Below are positions 1 to 7,474 of a DNA stretch of 32,000 nucleotides, piece after piece; the first letter of the stretch is position 1, and each line of letters opens with the position of its first letter. A program made the position numbers and the translations under genes. Source of the stretch: Candidatus Kuenenia stuttgartensis (GTDB lineage Bacteria; Planctomycetota; Brocadiia; Brocadiales; Brocadiaceae). Location: the NCBI RefSeq assembly GCF_900232105.1, contig NZ_LT934425.1, positions 4,350,001-4,382,000 on the forward strand, given 5' to 3'. Below the pieces are notes generated by a model, which did no database searches, was not told the DNA's origin, and saw nothing but the letters and a program-made list of their open reading frames with translations.

Positions 1-229
1 ATTCTGACAATGCGCCCAATGCACAGAGATCGTCTTTATGTGCGAGTGCAAGTCTTATCGCTTCAATCTCCAGGGGAGTGCAATTCGACAGATTCGCAAT
101 GGTGCGTTTCTTGACCTTCCCATCCTCACGGTACGATTCCCGCAGAAGGGTAGATCGATAGATTTTTTTACCGGATTTTGACTTGTTCTCTACAATATGC
201 ATGTCCACCATTGTACAGATAACAACCAT
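1..229 (-). CDS. IS1634-family transposase, N-terminal ~76 codons only (gene continues beyond the window)
   Basis: Identical by eye to the first ~76 codons of ORF 738..2420 read on the opposite strand. The start codon is at 229-227. Confidence 0.85.
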   Translation of the reverse strand, partial: MVVICTMVDMHIVENKSKSGKKIYRSTLLRESYREDGKVKKRTIANLSNCTPLEIEAIRLALAHKDDLCALGALSE

Positions 230-349
230 TATCAGTCAAGTATATTGTCGGATAATAACAATATATTAGTGACTACATATTTATTAAAAATACAGCCTTA
301 ACAAACTATGTATTAAGCACTTATGCGTTTTGGCAGGGGTGAACATCCG
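1..349 (-). mobile_element. IS1634-family (IS4 superfamily) insertion sequence, copy A, partial (runs off the window start)
   Basis: The reverse complement of 1-349 aligns with 618-966 of copy B. I see 3 mismatches, all in the untranslated leader. The terminal repeat GGGGTGAACATCCG at 336-349 is the reverse complement of CGGATGTTCACCCC at 618-631. Confidence 0.9.
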
Positions 350-426
350 ATACAACCGGGAAGTGAAGGAACGATTGCCGTAAATCCCCCTTCATCACTT
401 GGTTCTAAAATTACTTGAATTTTCAT
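350..426 (-). pseudogene. hicB-like (UPF0150/HicB antitoxin family) 5' fragment, truncated by IS copy A
   Basis: The minus strand reads ATG at 426-424 preceded by GGGGGGGGATAAAAAA. It translates MKIQVILEPSDEGGFTAIVPSLPGCI, the typical HicB N-terminus, and then runs straight into the IS terminal repeat at 349. Confidence 0.5.
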
Positions 427-506
427 TTTTTTATCCCCCCCCAAATGTTTTTTAAATTAACCACGCATATTTCGTCCCATTATCACATTTGGATTGGCAA
501 AAATCA

Positions 507-617
507 TCAATTCCTATCTTTTGCTTCGACGATATTAATTTCCTCATATGTCAATCCATACAGTCTGTAAACAATTTCATCTATCAACTTATCTATCGCC
601 TTACTTCTTGTTTTTAA
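507..617 (-). pseudogene. 3' end of an RM-type (Eco57I/TaqI-like or type IIG) methyltransferase or restriction gene, distal half, split by IS copy B
   Basis: The minus strand translates (LK)TRSKAIDKLIDEIVYRLYGLTYEEINIVEAKDRN*. The xIDxxVYxLYGLTxEEIxIVE tail is the hallmark C-terminus of this enzyme class. Stop codon at 509-507. Confidence 0.6.
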
Positions 618-2470
618 CGGATGTTCACCCCTGCCAAAACGCATAAGTGCTTAATATATAGTTTGTTAAGGCTGTATTTTTAATAAATATGTAGTCACTA
701 ATATATTGTTATTATACGACAATATACTTGACGGATAATGGTTGTTATCTGTACAATGGTGGACATGCATATTGTAGAGAACAAGTCAAAATCCGGTAAA
801 AAAATCTATCGATCTACCCTTCTGCGGGAATCGTACCGTGAGGATGGGAAGGTCAAGAAACGCACCATTGCGAATCTGTCGAATTGCACTCCCCTGGAGA
901 TTGAAGCGATAAGACTTGCACTCGCACATAAAGACGATCTCTGTGCATTGGGCGCATTGTCAGAATCGGTGAAACTCCATGAGGGTTTGTCTGTGGGAGC
1001 AGCGTGGAGCGTGTACCAAGTGGCAAAGGAATTAGGGATAGAAGAGGCATTGGGAAAGGACTTTGAAGGAAAGCTGGCGCTTTGGCAAGTAATGGCAAGG
1101 GTAATAGGCCGGGGGTCAAGACTGTCTGCAGTAAGGCTGGCGCAGATACATGCTGCGGGTGACGTCCTGGATATGAAGCGTGGGTTTGACGAGAACAATC
1201 TGTACGATAATTTGTCATGGTTGTCAGAGAATCAGGCAAAGATAGAGCGAAAGCTGTTTGAGTTAAGACGAGGAGGCAATAAGCCGAAGTTGTTTTTGTA
1301 TGACGTGACGAGCAGTTATTTAGAGGGGAAGTCGAATCATTTTGGTGAGTACGGGTATAATCGTGACGGCAAAAAGAGGAAAAAACAGATAGTGATCGGT
1401 ATGCTTTGTGATGAATCCGGGGAGCCGGTATCAACAGAAGTATTTAGGGGCAACACCCAGGATCCGAAGACCTTTGAATCTCAGGTAAAGAAGGTATTAG
1501 AGCGGTTTGGATGTAAAGATGTAACGATTGTAGGAGATCGTGGGATGATCAAGACGGTGCAAATCGAAAGTTTACCGGAAGGGTTTCATTACATAACGGC
1601 GATAACTAAGCCGCAGATAGAGTCGTTGATAAATAAAGGGATACTGCAATTAGGATTGTTCGAAGAAAAGCTCTGCGAGATAAAGGATGATGAGGTTCGA
1701 TATATTCTGAGGCGCAATCCGGTAAGGGCGGAAGAGATGTCAAAGACCCGTGTATCAAAATTACAGAGTATAGAGAAATACATCGTGAAGAAGAACAGTT
1801 ATCTGAAGGAACATCCTAAGTCGTCAGTATCGAAGGCCCTGGAAACAACAAGGGAAAGGCTAACGAGATTGAAACTTGATGGGTGGGTGCAGATAAAAGA
1901 AGAGGATAGGACGCTAAAGATAGAGAGAGCTGAGGAAGCATTAAAGGAGGCATCATACCTTGATGGTTGTTACGCAATCAAGACTGATCTTGAGGAGAAC
2001 GAGGCGGATACCAATCTGGTACATGAACGATACAAGGATTTAACGGAAGTGGAGAAGGCGTTTCGGGACTGTAAGACGGTGAATTTGGAGGTTCGTCCGG
2101 TGTATGTAAGAAAGGAGGATAGTACACGGGGACATGTGTTTGTGGTAATGCTTGCGTACATGATAATTCGAAGGCTGCGCAGAGCGTGGAAGAATTTTGA
2201 CTTGACGGTAGAGGAAGGTCTCGCACAATTGACGACCATTTGTTCGATGGAAGTAACAATCAAAGGCCAAAAAGCTAGTTGCCAGAAGATCCCGCGTCCG
2301 CGGCAACAATCACATGAATTATTAGAGGCATTACAGATAAAGTTGCCAGAAGTATTGCCAAGCCGGAACATACGGGTAGTCACTAGAAAAAAGCTTGCTG
2401 TTCGGCGTAAAAGTCAATAAATATAAGGCTTTTACGGCACTTTTGTTTTTTGACTTGGGGTGAACATCCG
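618..2470 (+). mobile_element. IS1634-family insertion sequence, copy B, complete
   Basis: Perfect 14-bp terminal inverted repeats: CGGATGTTCACCCC at 618-631 and GGGGTGAACATCCG at 2457-2470. A 6-bp target-site duplication TTTTAA lies at 612-617 and 2471-2476. There is a single transposase ORF. Confidence 0.9.
738..2420 (+). CDS. IS1634-family DDE transposase (560 aa; an alternative start at 765, MHIVENK, is possible)
   Basis: The N-terminus KSKSGKKIYRSTLLRESYREDGKVKKRTIANLS is typical of IS1634/IS4-group transposases. The ORF is flanked by IRs and a TSD, and a second copy is present in the window. Confidence 0.9.
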   Translation: MVVICTMVDMHIVENKSKSGKKIYRSTLLRESYREDGKVKKRTIANLSNCTPLEIEAIRLALAHKDDLCALGALSESVKLHEGLSVGAAWSVYQVAKELGIEEALGKDFEGKLALWQVMARVIGRGSRLSAVRLAQIHAAGDVLDMKRGFDENNLYDNLSWLSENQAKIERKLFELRRGGNKPKLFLYDVTSSYLEGKSNHFGEYGYNRDGKKRKKQIVIGMLCDESGEPVSTEVFRGNTQDPKTFESQVKKVLERFGCKDVTIVGDRGMIKTVQIESLPEGFHYITAITKPQIESLINKGILQLGLFEEKLCEIKDDEVRYILRRNPVRAEEMSKTRVSKLQSIEKYIVKKNSYLKEHPKSSVSKALETTRERLTRLKLDGWVQIKEEDRTLKIERAEEALKEASYLDGCYAIKTDLEENEADTNLVHERYKDLTEVEKAFRDCKTVNLEVRPVYVRKEDSTRGHVFVVMLAYMIIRRLRRAWKNFDLTVEEGLAQLTTICSMEVTIKGQKASCQKIPRPRQQSHELLEALQIKLPEVLPSRNIRVVTRKKLAVRRKSQ

Positions 2471-2590
2471 TTTTAATGGTTCGAGGATTGATATGTTTTT
2501 TGTGCAATGATTTTTAAGCAGTTCCTGGGTCTTTCGATCTGATGGGCCTGTAGATACCTTGTTTCTATTCTTCTTGAGATGTTCGAGGTG
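2471..2590 (-). pseudogene. Proximal half of the IS-split RM-type gene remnant (continues at 617..507)
   Basis: The minus strand reads HLEHLKKNRNKVSTGPSDRKTQELLKNHCTKNISILEPLK. Removing the IS and one TSD copy joins it in frame to TRSKAIDKLIDEIVY... An in-frame stop lies immediately upstream at 2593-2591, so only the gene tail survives. Confidence 0.55.
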
Positions 2591-2758
2591 TCAATTAGAG
2601 GTTGGGCGAAGCACACCCAACAAAAAAAGGCATTGATGGATTCTATCCGCTTAACCCATCCTTACCACCCGGCTCAGCACGGCGTGCTTGTGTTCGCGTA
2701 TGAGGTATTCGATGATATATCGTTGGAACTTCTTTCCCGGTCGTTCAAACATGATTGA

Positions 2759-2941
2759 TCAGTTTTCCTGTCTATCCTCATCCTGTTCAACAAATATTTT
2801 AACTACGCGTCCGTTTTCGTAATAAACCAGTGGAGTATGCGTCTGTTTGGCTATTTCCCTTGCTCTTTTTGCCGCTCTTAGCAATGCAGCTTCTACATTC
2901 TCAAGGTCTTTGTCATGAATCTGTCTCTTTTTTCCATTCAT
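2759..2941 (-). CDS. 60-aa protein coupled to the zeta-like ATPase (putative antitoxin or partner)
   Basis: Its start overlaps the upstream gene's stop by 4 nt (ATGA at 2941-2938). It is a small charged protein (..EAALLRAAKRAREIAKQTHTPLVYYENGRVVKI..) of the type often paired with COG4185/zeta-family ATPases. Confidence 0.6.
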   Translation of the reverse strand: MNGKKRQIHDKDLENVEAALLRAAKRAREIAKQTHTPLVYYENGRVVKIFVEQDEDRQEN

Positions 2942-3462
2942 CTCTTTTCTCCTTCTTCAAGCAGTTTTGGCGTTCTGCCTGAGTTGTCGTAAAGAATCCA
3001 GGTATCTACCAACTGCTTGTAAATGTGGTAAAAATTAAACCATCCCTTTCCAAACCGTCGTCTGATAATCTCTTCAGGCACATTATGGCCACCCTGCAAA
3101 ACCCTCCCTTTTACCCGTTCAATGGCAATCTTTACATCATGAAGACTCAGAAATATCAACTTTACCGTGTATCCCCTCTTTTGCCATTCGGGTATCATTT
3201 GTGCATATATTTTACCGCTAAGTGTTGTTTCAAAGGCAAAGCCATCATTACGAAGCAGGTGCGTTTTAATTTCTTCATACATCAGCCTGCCCGCACGGAA
3301 AGCTGCATGTTCAGGGAAAAAAGGAGAAAGCCCTGCAGCTATCAAATCAGCATTAACAAAGATGGGACAGCCCGCCTCATTCGGCAGAAACTCTTTGGCA
3401 AACGTGGTCTTTCCTGCCCCGTTAGGTCCGGCAATGATAACGATATTCTTTTTTTTTACCAT
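2938..3462 (-). CDS. Zeta-toxin-like / COG4185 P-loop ATPase (174 aa)
   Basis: A Walker A motif GPNGAGKTT lies near the N-terminus. Size and overall pattern are typical of the zeta toxin / AAA_33-type kinase family. Confidence 0.75.
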   Translation of the reverse strand: MVKKKNIVIIAGPNGAGKTTFAKEFLPNEAGCPIFVNADLIAAGLSPFFPEHAAFRAGRLMYEEIKTHLLRNDGFAFETTLSGKIYAQMIPEWQKRGYTVKLIFLSLHDVKIAIERVKGRVLQGGHNVPEEIIRRRFGKGWFNFYHIYKQLVDTWILYDNSGRTPKLLEEGEKR

Positions 3463-3559
3463 GTTGATCCTTTAAACCATTTTCGGTAATCCGTCGCTTT
3501 CCCGTTACACATTTGTGGATGATCGATTTACGATATTGTGCAAGTGTAGGGATTTTATT

Positions 3560-3583
3560 GCGGAAATTCTGGCGGAAATTCTG
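3560..3583. repeat. Tandem direct repeat, 2 x 12 nt (GCGGAAATTCTG)
   Basis: Read directly from the sequence. It sits immediately before the left arm of the 3585-3741 inverted-repeat element. Confidence 0.9.
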
Positions 3584-3584
3584 A

Positions 3585-3741
3585 GGACACCATACGTAAT
3601 ATTAGGAATCTTCACTTTTCTTTTGTGGTACCAGGCTTCTGCCGGCGTAGTATGCTCCTGGGACTACCACACGAGCGATCCTAGCTAGCGGGGAATCTTA
3701 ACCGTTTTTCAACACTGAGTCAATAATTAAGTACGGTGTCC
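3585..3741. repeat. MITE-like inverted-repeat element
   Basis: The arm GGACACCATACGTAAT (3585-3600) pairs with the reverse complement of ATTAAGTACGGTGTCC (3726-3741), 13/16 by eye. There is an internal imperfect hairpin, TGGTACCAGG...CCTGGGACTACCA. The arm motif recurs at 5879-5896 and 15080-15103. Confidence 0.5.
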
Positions 3742-3751
3742 CCTGAATTAA

Positions 3752-3829
3752 ATGATTTTCAAGCAGTTCCTGAGTCTTTCGATCTGATGGGTCTGTAGAT
3801 ACCTTGTTTCTATTCTTCTTGAGAAGTTC
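3752..3829 (-). repeat. Second, diverged copy of the RM-gene tail segment seen at 2507-2584
   Basis: About 78 nt with 4 mismatches by eye against 2507-2584. The minus strand reads ..LLKKNRNKVSTDPSDRKTQELLENH.. and then diverges into the AATTAAG..GTGTCCC repeat. Confidence 0.7.
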
Positions 3830-3888
3830 AGAGTTGATCAAAGATTAAGTAAGGCACTGTCCAAAAATAATTTGGTATTTTTATTAAT

Positions 3889-4827
3889 TTAGTTAAGTGA
3901 AATTGTATAATTCCAATCTGGCAAGACACTGTGTTTGTTTATGTTTATTTCTTTCATTTGGTCATCAGTGATTTTGATTCCTTTTTGGTATTCTTTCTCG
4001 TTAAGAATGGTTTGTACGAGAAGACCCGCTGTTGTTGTAGTGCCAGCAATTAAACTTAGCATAACATCATAAGACCTCAAAGGATTCCCCTCCCAATTTT
4101 TACTGATAAAACTAAACAGACGATGTTCTACCGGATTCCATTTTGATGCTCCTGAGGGATAGTGGCAAATCCTGATGGAGAGTCCGTAAACTTTACAAAT
4201 ATTTTGATAAAGCGCATATTTCCACAACCGGGGACGAAATCCGTTGCTCCCTCCTGCGTCACAAAGAATAAGGAGTTCTTTTGCGCATGGATACCTCTTC
4301 CAACCAAATTCATCCAGCCAAATCTTAATTGACTCGACTGCAAATTCCGGTGTGTCATAGGACGTACCAACAATAACTGTCCCTAAATTAGTCAGCAATT
4401 CATAGATACCAAACGGACATCCAACACCAATTGCCTGAGAACGAAAATCATGGGCCAAAACTTCATTTACTATTTTTGTCCACGCCTTGCCCTCATTTCT
4501 GAAATTACCTATCAATTCCTTTTTCTTACTGTCAACACTGATTATTGGCTGACCAGAATCTTCAAAATACTTTTTTGTCTCATTAATAATTTCAAACTGT
4601 CTATTACGGTCCGGATGACGTGTCTCTGCTATCGTTTTGCGATTTACTCTCAGAGAATAATCCATGTCCTTAAGAAGCCTGCTAACTGTTGTTGCACATA
4701 CGCTTACACCTCTATCACCGCATTCTTTTTTTAGAGTACGTGTGCTTCTTCTCGTCCATATTTTTCCTTTACCCATTGGGTCTCCTGCAGTATCGCCCTC
4801 CATCAATTCTTCAAGAAGTTTTACCAC
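3889..4827 (-). CDS. ISAzo13-family transposase, C-terminal (DDE) frame
   Basis: GDPMGKGKIWTRRSTRTLKKE...ISVDSKKKELIGNFRNEGKAW...LILCDAGGSNGFR..WNPVEHRLFS matches the DDE_Tnp_ISAZ013 pattern. The frame is open from the A9 run. Confidence 0.85.
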   Translation of the reverse strand: MVKLLEELMEGDTAGDPMGKGKIWTRRSTRTLKKECGDRGVSVCATTVSRLLKDMDYSLRVNRKTIAETRHPDRNRQFEIINETKKYFEDSGQPIISVDSKKKELIGNFRNEGKAWTKIVNEVLAHDFRSQAIGVGCPFGIYELLTNLGTVIVGTSYDTPEFAVESIKIWLDEFGWKRYPCAKELLILCDAGGSNGFRPRLWKYALYQNICKVYGLSIRICHYPSGASKWNPVEHRLFSFISKNWEGNPLRSYDVMLSLIAGTTTTAGLLVQTILNEKEYQKGIKITDDQMKEININKHSVLPDWNYTISLN

Positions 4828-5660
4828 ATCAGTTTTTTTTTAATCGAAGAACGACCTGCACCGACCTTACGTATCCGTCCCGGTGTAATGTTCTTACTCG
4901 AAAGTTCCCGACGCCCCTTGTCAATTGTTTTTACATTTATGCCGGTTAGCTGTGAAAGTCTTAAATCGCCGCCATGTCCCAGTTTCATTGATTCTAAACC
5001 AAGATAAAGCCGTTTCTGCCTTTCATCAAGTATGGAAAGAAATGTCTGCAGGCAATCCGTAACCACTTCACTCCCAAAGCCGGGAATTAATACCTTTTCT
5101 TCCTTACAAGCACACAACATGATTGACTGTTTACGTCTGGCGAGTTGATCCGTACCTAACACCTTGGAGATATACAAATATTCTCCGGCAATCTGCTCGC
5201 GCAAGACCCTTCCAGATACCACTAATTGAGTCAGTGCATTAAAGACTCGCACATGTACCAGCGTTTGAAGCTCCGAGGCAAAATAACCTTCCTGGGATTT
5301 ATTAATGATGGCCTCGAGAGTATCTACAAGACTTCCTTGTTGAGAAAAATATATTTGATTGAAACTCCAAATGCCATATTTATTATAGCTTGCAAGTGTA
5401 TCCAGTGTATGGTATTTGCCCGCATGGGAATAACTCGCACGATGTCCGAGCGATTTTAGCTTCCTGAAAACCGTTGCTTTTGAAGTCGTTCCCAAAGCTT
5501 CTTTGATACTGTCCAGAGTTAAAACGACATCCCTGCTGAATAGTCCCAAGAGCTTGCGATGAGAATACTTAGCTAAACGCATAATGATATCATTAGGATT
5601 AATACGCCGGATAAAATACCACTTAATCCTAATGTTATCATAATGGCTGGAGGGTGTCAA
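4821..5660 (-). CDS. ISAzo13-family transposase, N-terminal frame (ends 12 nt after the A9 run)
   Basis: ..LDERQKRLYLGLESMKLGHGGDLRLSQLTGINVKTIDKGRRELS..PGRIRKVGAGR is the HTH part of ISAzo13-type transposases. It overlaps the downstream frame by 7 nt. Confidence 0.8.
   Translation of the reverse strand: MTPSSHYDNIRIKWYFIRRINPNDIIMRLAKYSHRKLLGLFSRDVVLTLDSIKEALGTTSKATVFRKLKSLGHRASYSHAGKYHTLDTLASYNKYGIWSFNQIYFSQQGSLVDTLEAIINKSQEGYFASELQTLVHVRVFNALTQLVVSGRVLREQIAGEYLYISKVLGTDQLARRKQSIMLCACKEEKVLIPGFGSEVVTDCLQTFLSILDERQKRLYLGLESMKLGHGGDLRLSQLTGINVKTIDKGRRELSSKNITPGRIRKVGAGRSSIKKKLMW
4833..4841 (-). other. A9 homopolymer (T9 on the plus strand) at the junction of the two transposase frames
   Basis: The minus strand reads TCG ATT AAA AAA AAA CTG ATG TGG TAA. 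A -1 shift inside the run gives ..SSIKKKTDVVKLLEELMEGD.., a continuous ~590-aa transposase. Confidence 0.8.
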
Positions 5661-5878
5661 TGCCTATATTTACTAGTTGTAACGGCTATTACCGTGACAT
5701 ACACAAAGACACTACAACGATACTATTGGTACTATACAATACCATGTTATTTGTGGTCGCTCCCTAAGTTAGTGAAGCCTGTCCTGAGTTTATCGAGGGG
5801 TGAAGCAGACCCATCAATCACATTTTCATTTATTTTGATGGGTTCGCGCCAATTAACCCATCCTTGATTGAGTTAATA

Positions 5879-5896
5879 ATTAAGCATGGTGTCCCT
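5879..5896. repeat. Copy of the dispersed motif AATTAAGYAYGRTGTCCC
   Basis: AATTAAGCATGGTGTCCC here. Related copies are at 3724-3741 and 15080-15103, with an inverted copy at 3585-3600. Confidence 0.6.
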
Positions 5897-6019
5897 TAAT
5901 ATCCTTATTAATAGATTGCCAATTGAAAAATGAAGGTCCCTGCTGACTCAAGAATTGTGTAGGGTCAAGGAATGGCGAGTTGCATTAGGTATCCCCTTGG
6001 CTGTTGCTGCCGTTTCCAG

Positions 6020-6819
6020 CTTTGTGCCCGTTTAGGTTCTCCATAGCACTTTTCCATCCCCTGCCACATCAAACCGTACGTGAGGCTTCGTCGTGAGCTC
6101 AGCCGAACGGTTTTCCCTCATACGGCTTCCCTGCTCCCTTCTCAGCAAGGCATTATACACCTATCGATATGGAGCAGCTTTCGGGTAGATATATCCCCTT
6201 ACTCCACCGCTTCCAGCCGAAACCACTCAGTGCTTGTCAGTCTTCGCCTTGATGTATATCTTCCTCCTCAGTTCCTGCAGACTTATAGAAGCATTTGTCA
6301 TTCTTCCCTGCCTCACCGCTAAAGAAAGATTTAGAATACAGCAGATCCCCTTCGCTCCGGCAAGGTTATGCTGTCCTTGCCATCTCCACTACTACGGGCT
6401 CATCCGCCACCCTCTTGCCTGTCAGTCTACTTCGCCCTTCGACTTATAAGGCTTACATTCGCTCCTGATATTTCTATCAGGGACAAGGAGGGTTTCCCCA
6501 GTTGATACTGCTCCCTTCTATCCGTGTCGCCGCTGATACCCCGCCACCGTTCTTTTACCTATTAGCCAGTTTAGGTGCGTGAATTCCGCCTTCGCCTACT
6601 ATTGACAGGCTCGGCCAGTGGTTCCTGACTTTCACGAGGCTACCTCTACGTTCACGTACGTTACAACCCGGATATTCGCTCGCCGGCCTTACGCCGACTT
6701 TGTAGATGGGCTTCAGAAGGCAACGTTTCCATCACCCCCTGCCATCCAAGCTACATGGCTCCGGCTTTTACCACAACGGGACTTTCACCCGTTAGAAAAC
6801 AGTACCCTTCCCTGGGCAC
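6020..6819 (-). ncRNA. Group II intron-like ribozyme RNA without a reverse-transcriptase ORF (3' boundary unresolved)
   Basis: The minus strand starts GTGCCCAGGGAAGG at 6819. It contains GNRA-capped helices typical of domains I-III (GGGTGAAAGTCCCG, GGGGAAACCC, GGCGTAAGGCC). A domain V-like hairpin at 6128-6071 has arms AAGCCGTATGAGG / CCTCACGTACGGTTT, matching the consensus lower stem, AGC triad and AC bulge. The ORF track shows no minus-strand ORF of 60 aa or more in this span. Confidence 0.65.
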
Positions 6820-6883
6820 GCCAATAGATTAGGTTTTACCCCAAATGTCTGATTTCATAACCCCATATATTCACTGCATCGAA

Positions 6884-7474
6884 TTATACATTTTCTAAAT
6901 TTTTTAATGCATCTTCTATTGAAACTTTTGCACTCTCTGCGTGTTTTTTAATTTCTTCGTAATAGGTATCCGCCTTACCTGTGCCTGAGTTTGAAAGTGC
7001 AAATTGTGCCTGACTATTTACCTTGTTTATATTTACATACGCCAGACAAATGGCATCAAACTTAGTTTTATCAATCTTAACTATTTCATATTTAAAACTA
7101 TCCCACAAACTATTAGATAGTTGAATATAGAAAATACTACGATTGTCACCAGAAGTAATCTTTACTTCCTTTGTATCCTCACAATAAGCATCTAATATGG
7201 ATTTATTCTCTTTTAATTCTGTTTTTATTGCAGATATACTATTTTGAAATGTTTTTTCTTGTTCAGCTTTACTCTCTAATTTGATGGAATAATAAATAGC
7301 TACCAATGTAATGCCACCGCCAATTAAAGCACTAATAATTGGTATTATGATGTTTTTAGACCAGTTCCATAAATCATATTTACCTGAGTATATATATGAA
7401 AGATATGATAAAAAACCTAAAATTAAAAGCGCGAAAATGGAAATTATTATGCATACTTTAGGTATATTTTTCAT
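6884..7474 (-). CDS. Membrane protein, 2 TM helices plus ~125-aa soluble C-terminal domain, function unknown (196 aa from MKNIPKV)
   Basis: Hydrophobic stretches VCIIISIFALLILGFLSYLSYIY and IIIPIISALIGGGITLVAIYYSI. The longer tracked ORF (to 7738) is in-frame read-through of a transposase remnant. The gene is AT-rich. Confidence 0.6.
   Translation of the reverse strand: MKNIPKVCIIISIFALLILGFLSYLSYIYSGKYDLWNWSKNIIIPIISALIGGGITLVAIYYSIKLESKAEQEKTFQNSISAIKTELKENKSILDAYCEDTKEVKITSGDNRSIFYIQLSNSLWDSFKYEIVKIDKTKFDAICLAYVNINKVNSQAQFALSNSGTGKADTYYEEIKKHAESAKVSIEDALKNLENV

Larger units (their letters stand above)
3859..5758 (-). mobile_element. ISAzo13-family insertion sequence (boundaries approximate)
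   Basis: Imperfect terminal IRs: GTCCAAAAATAATTTGGTATT (3859-3879) against the reverse complement of 5738-5758, GACCACAAATAACATGGTATT (17/21 by eye). They enclose the two transposase frames. I could not recognise a TSD. Confidence 0.65.

Noticed and set aside
806-2383. Multiple antisense or alternate-frame ORFs inside the transposase genes. The same pattern occurs inside the MTase, the 518-aa gene, the cytochrome, the OMP and others.
   Set aside because: They are nested in, or antisense to, strongly supported long ORFs, and their translations are compositionally biased. I treated them as shadow ORFs.
1-2470. The two IS copies as a composite transposon
   Set aside because: The copies are head to head around only 268 bp of gene debris, with transposases reading outward. 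Nothing is carried between them within this window.
2650-2752. 33-codon minus-strand ORF (MFERPGKKFQRYIIEYLIREHKHAVLSRVVRMG) just after the 60-aa gene
   Set aside because: It is very short and runs into the GATGG..AACCCATCC repeat. I have no supporting motif.
6080-6827. Three plus-strand ORFs (6080..6322, 6234..6449, 6618..6827)
   Set aside because: They lie antisense to the group II intron-like RNA. Their translations are low-complexity (Ser/Pro/Leu-rich) with no recognisable motifs, so they are most likely chance frames in structured RNA.
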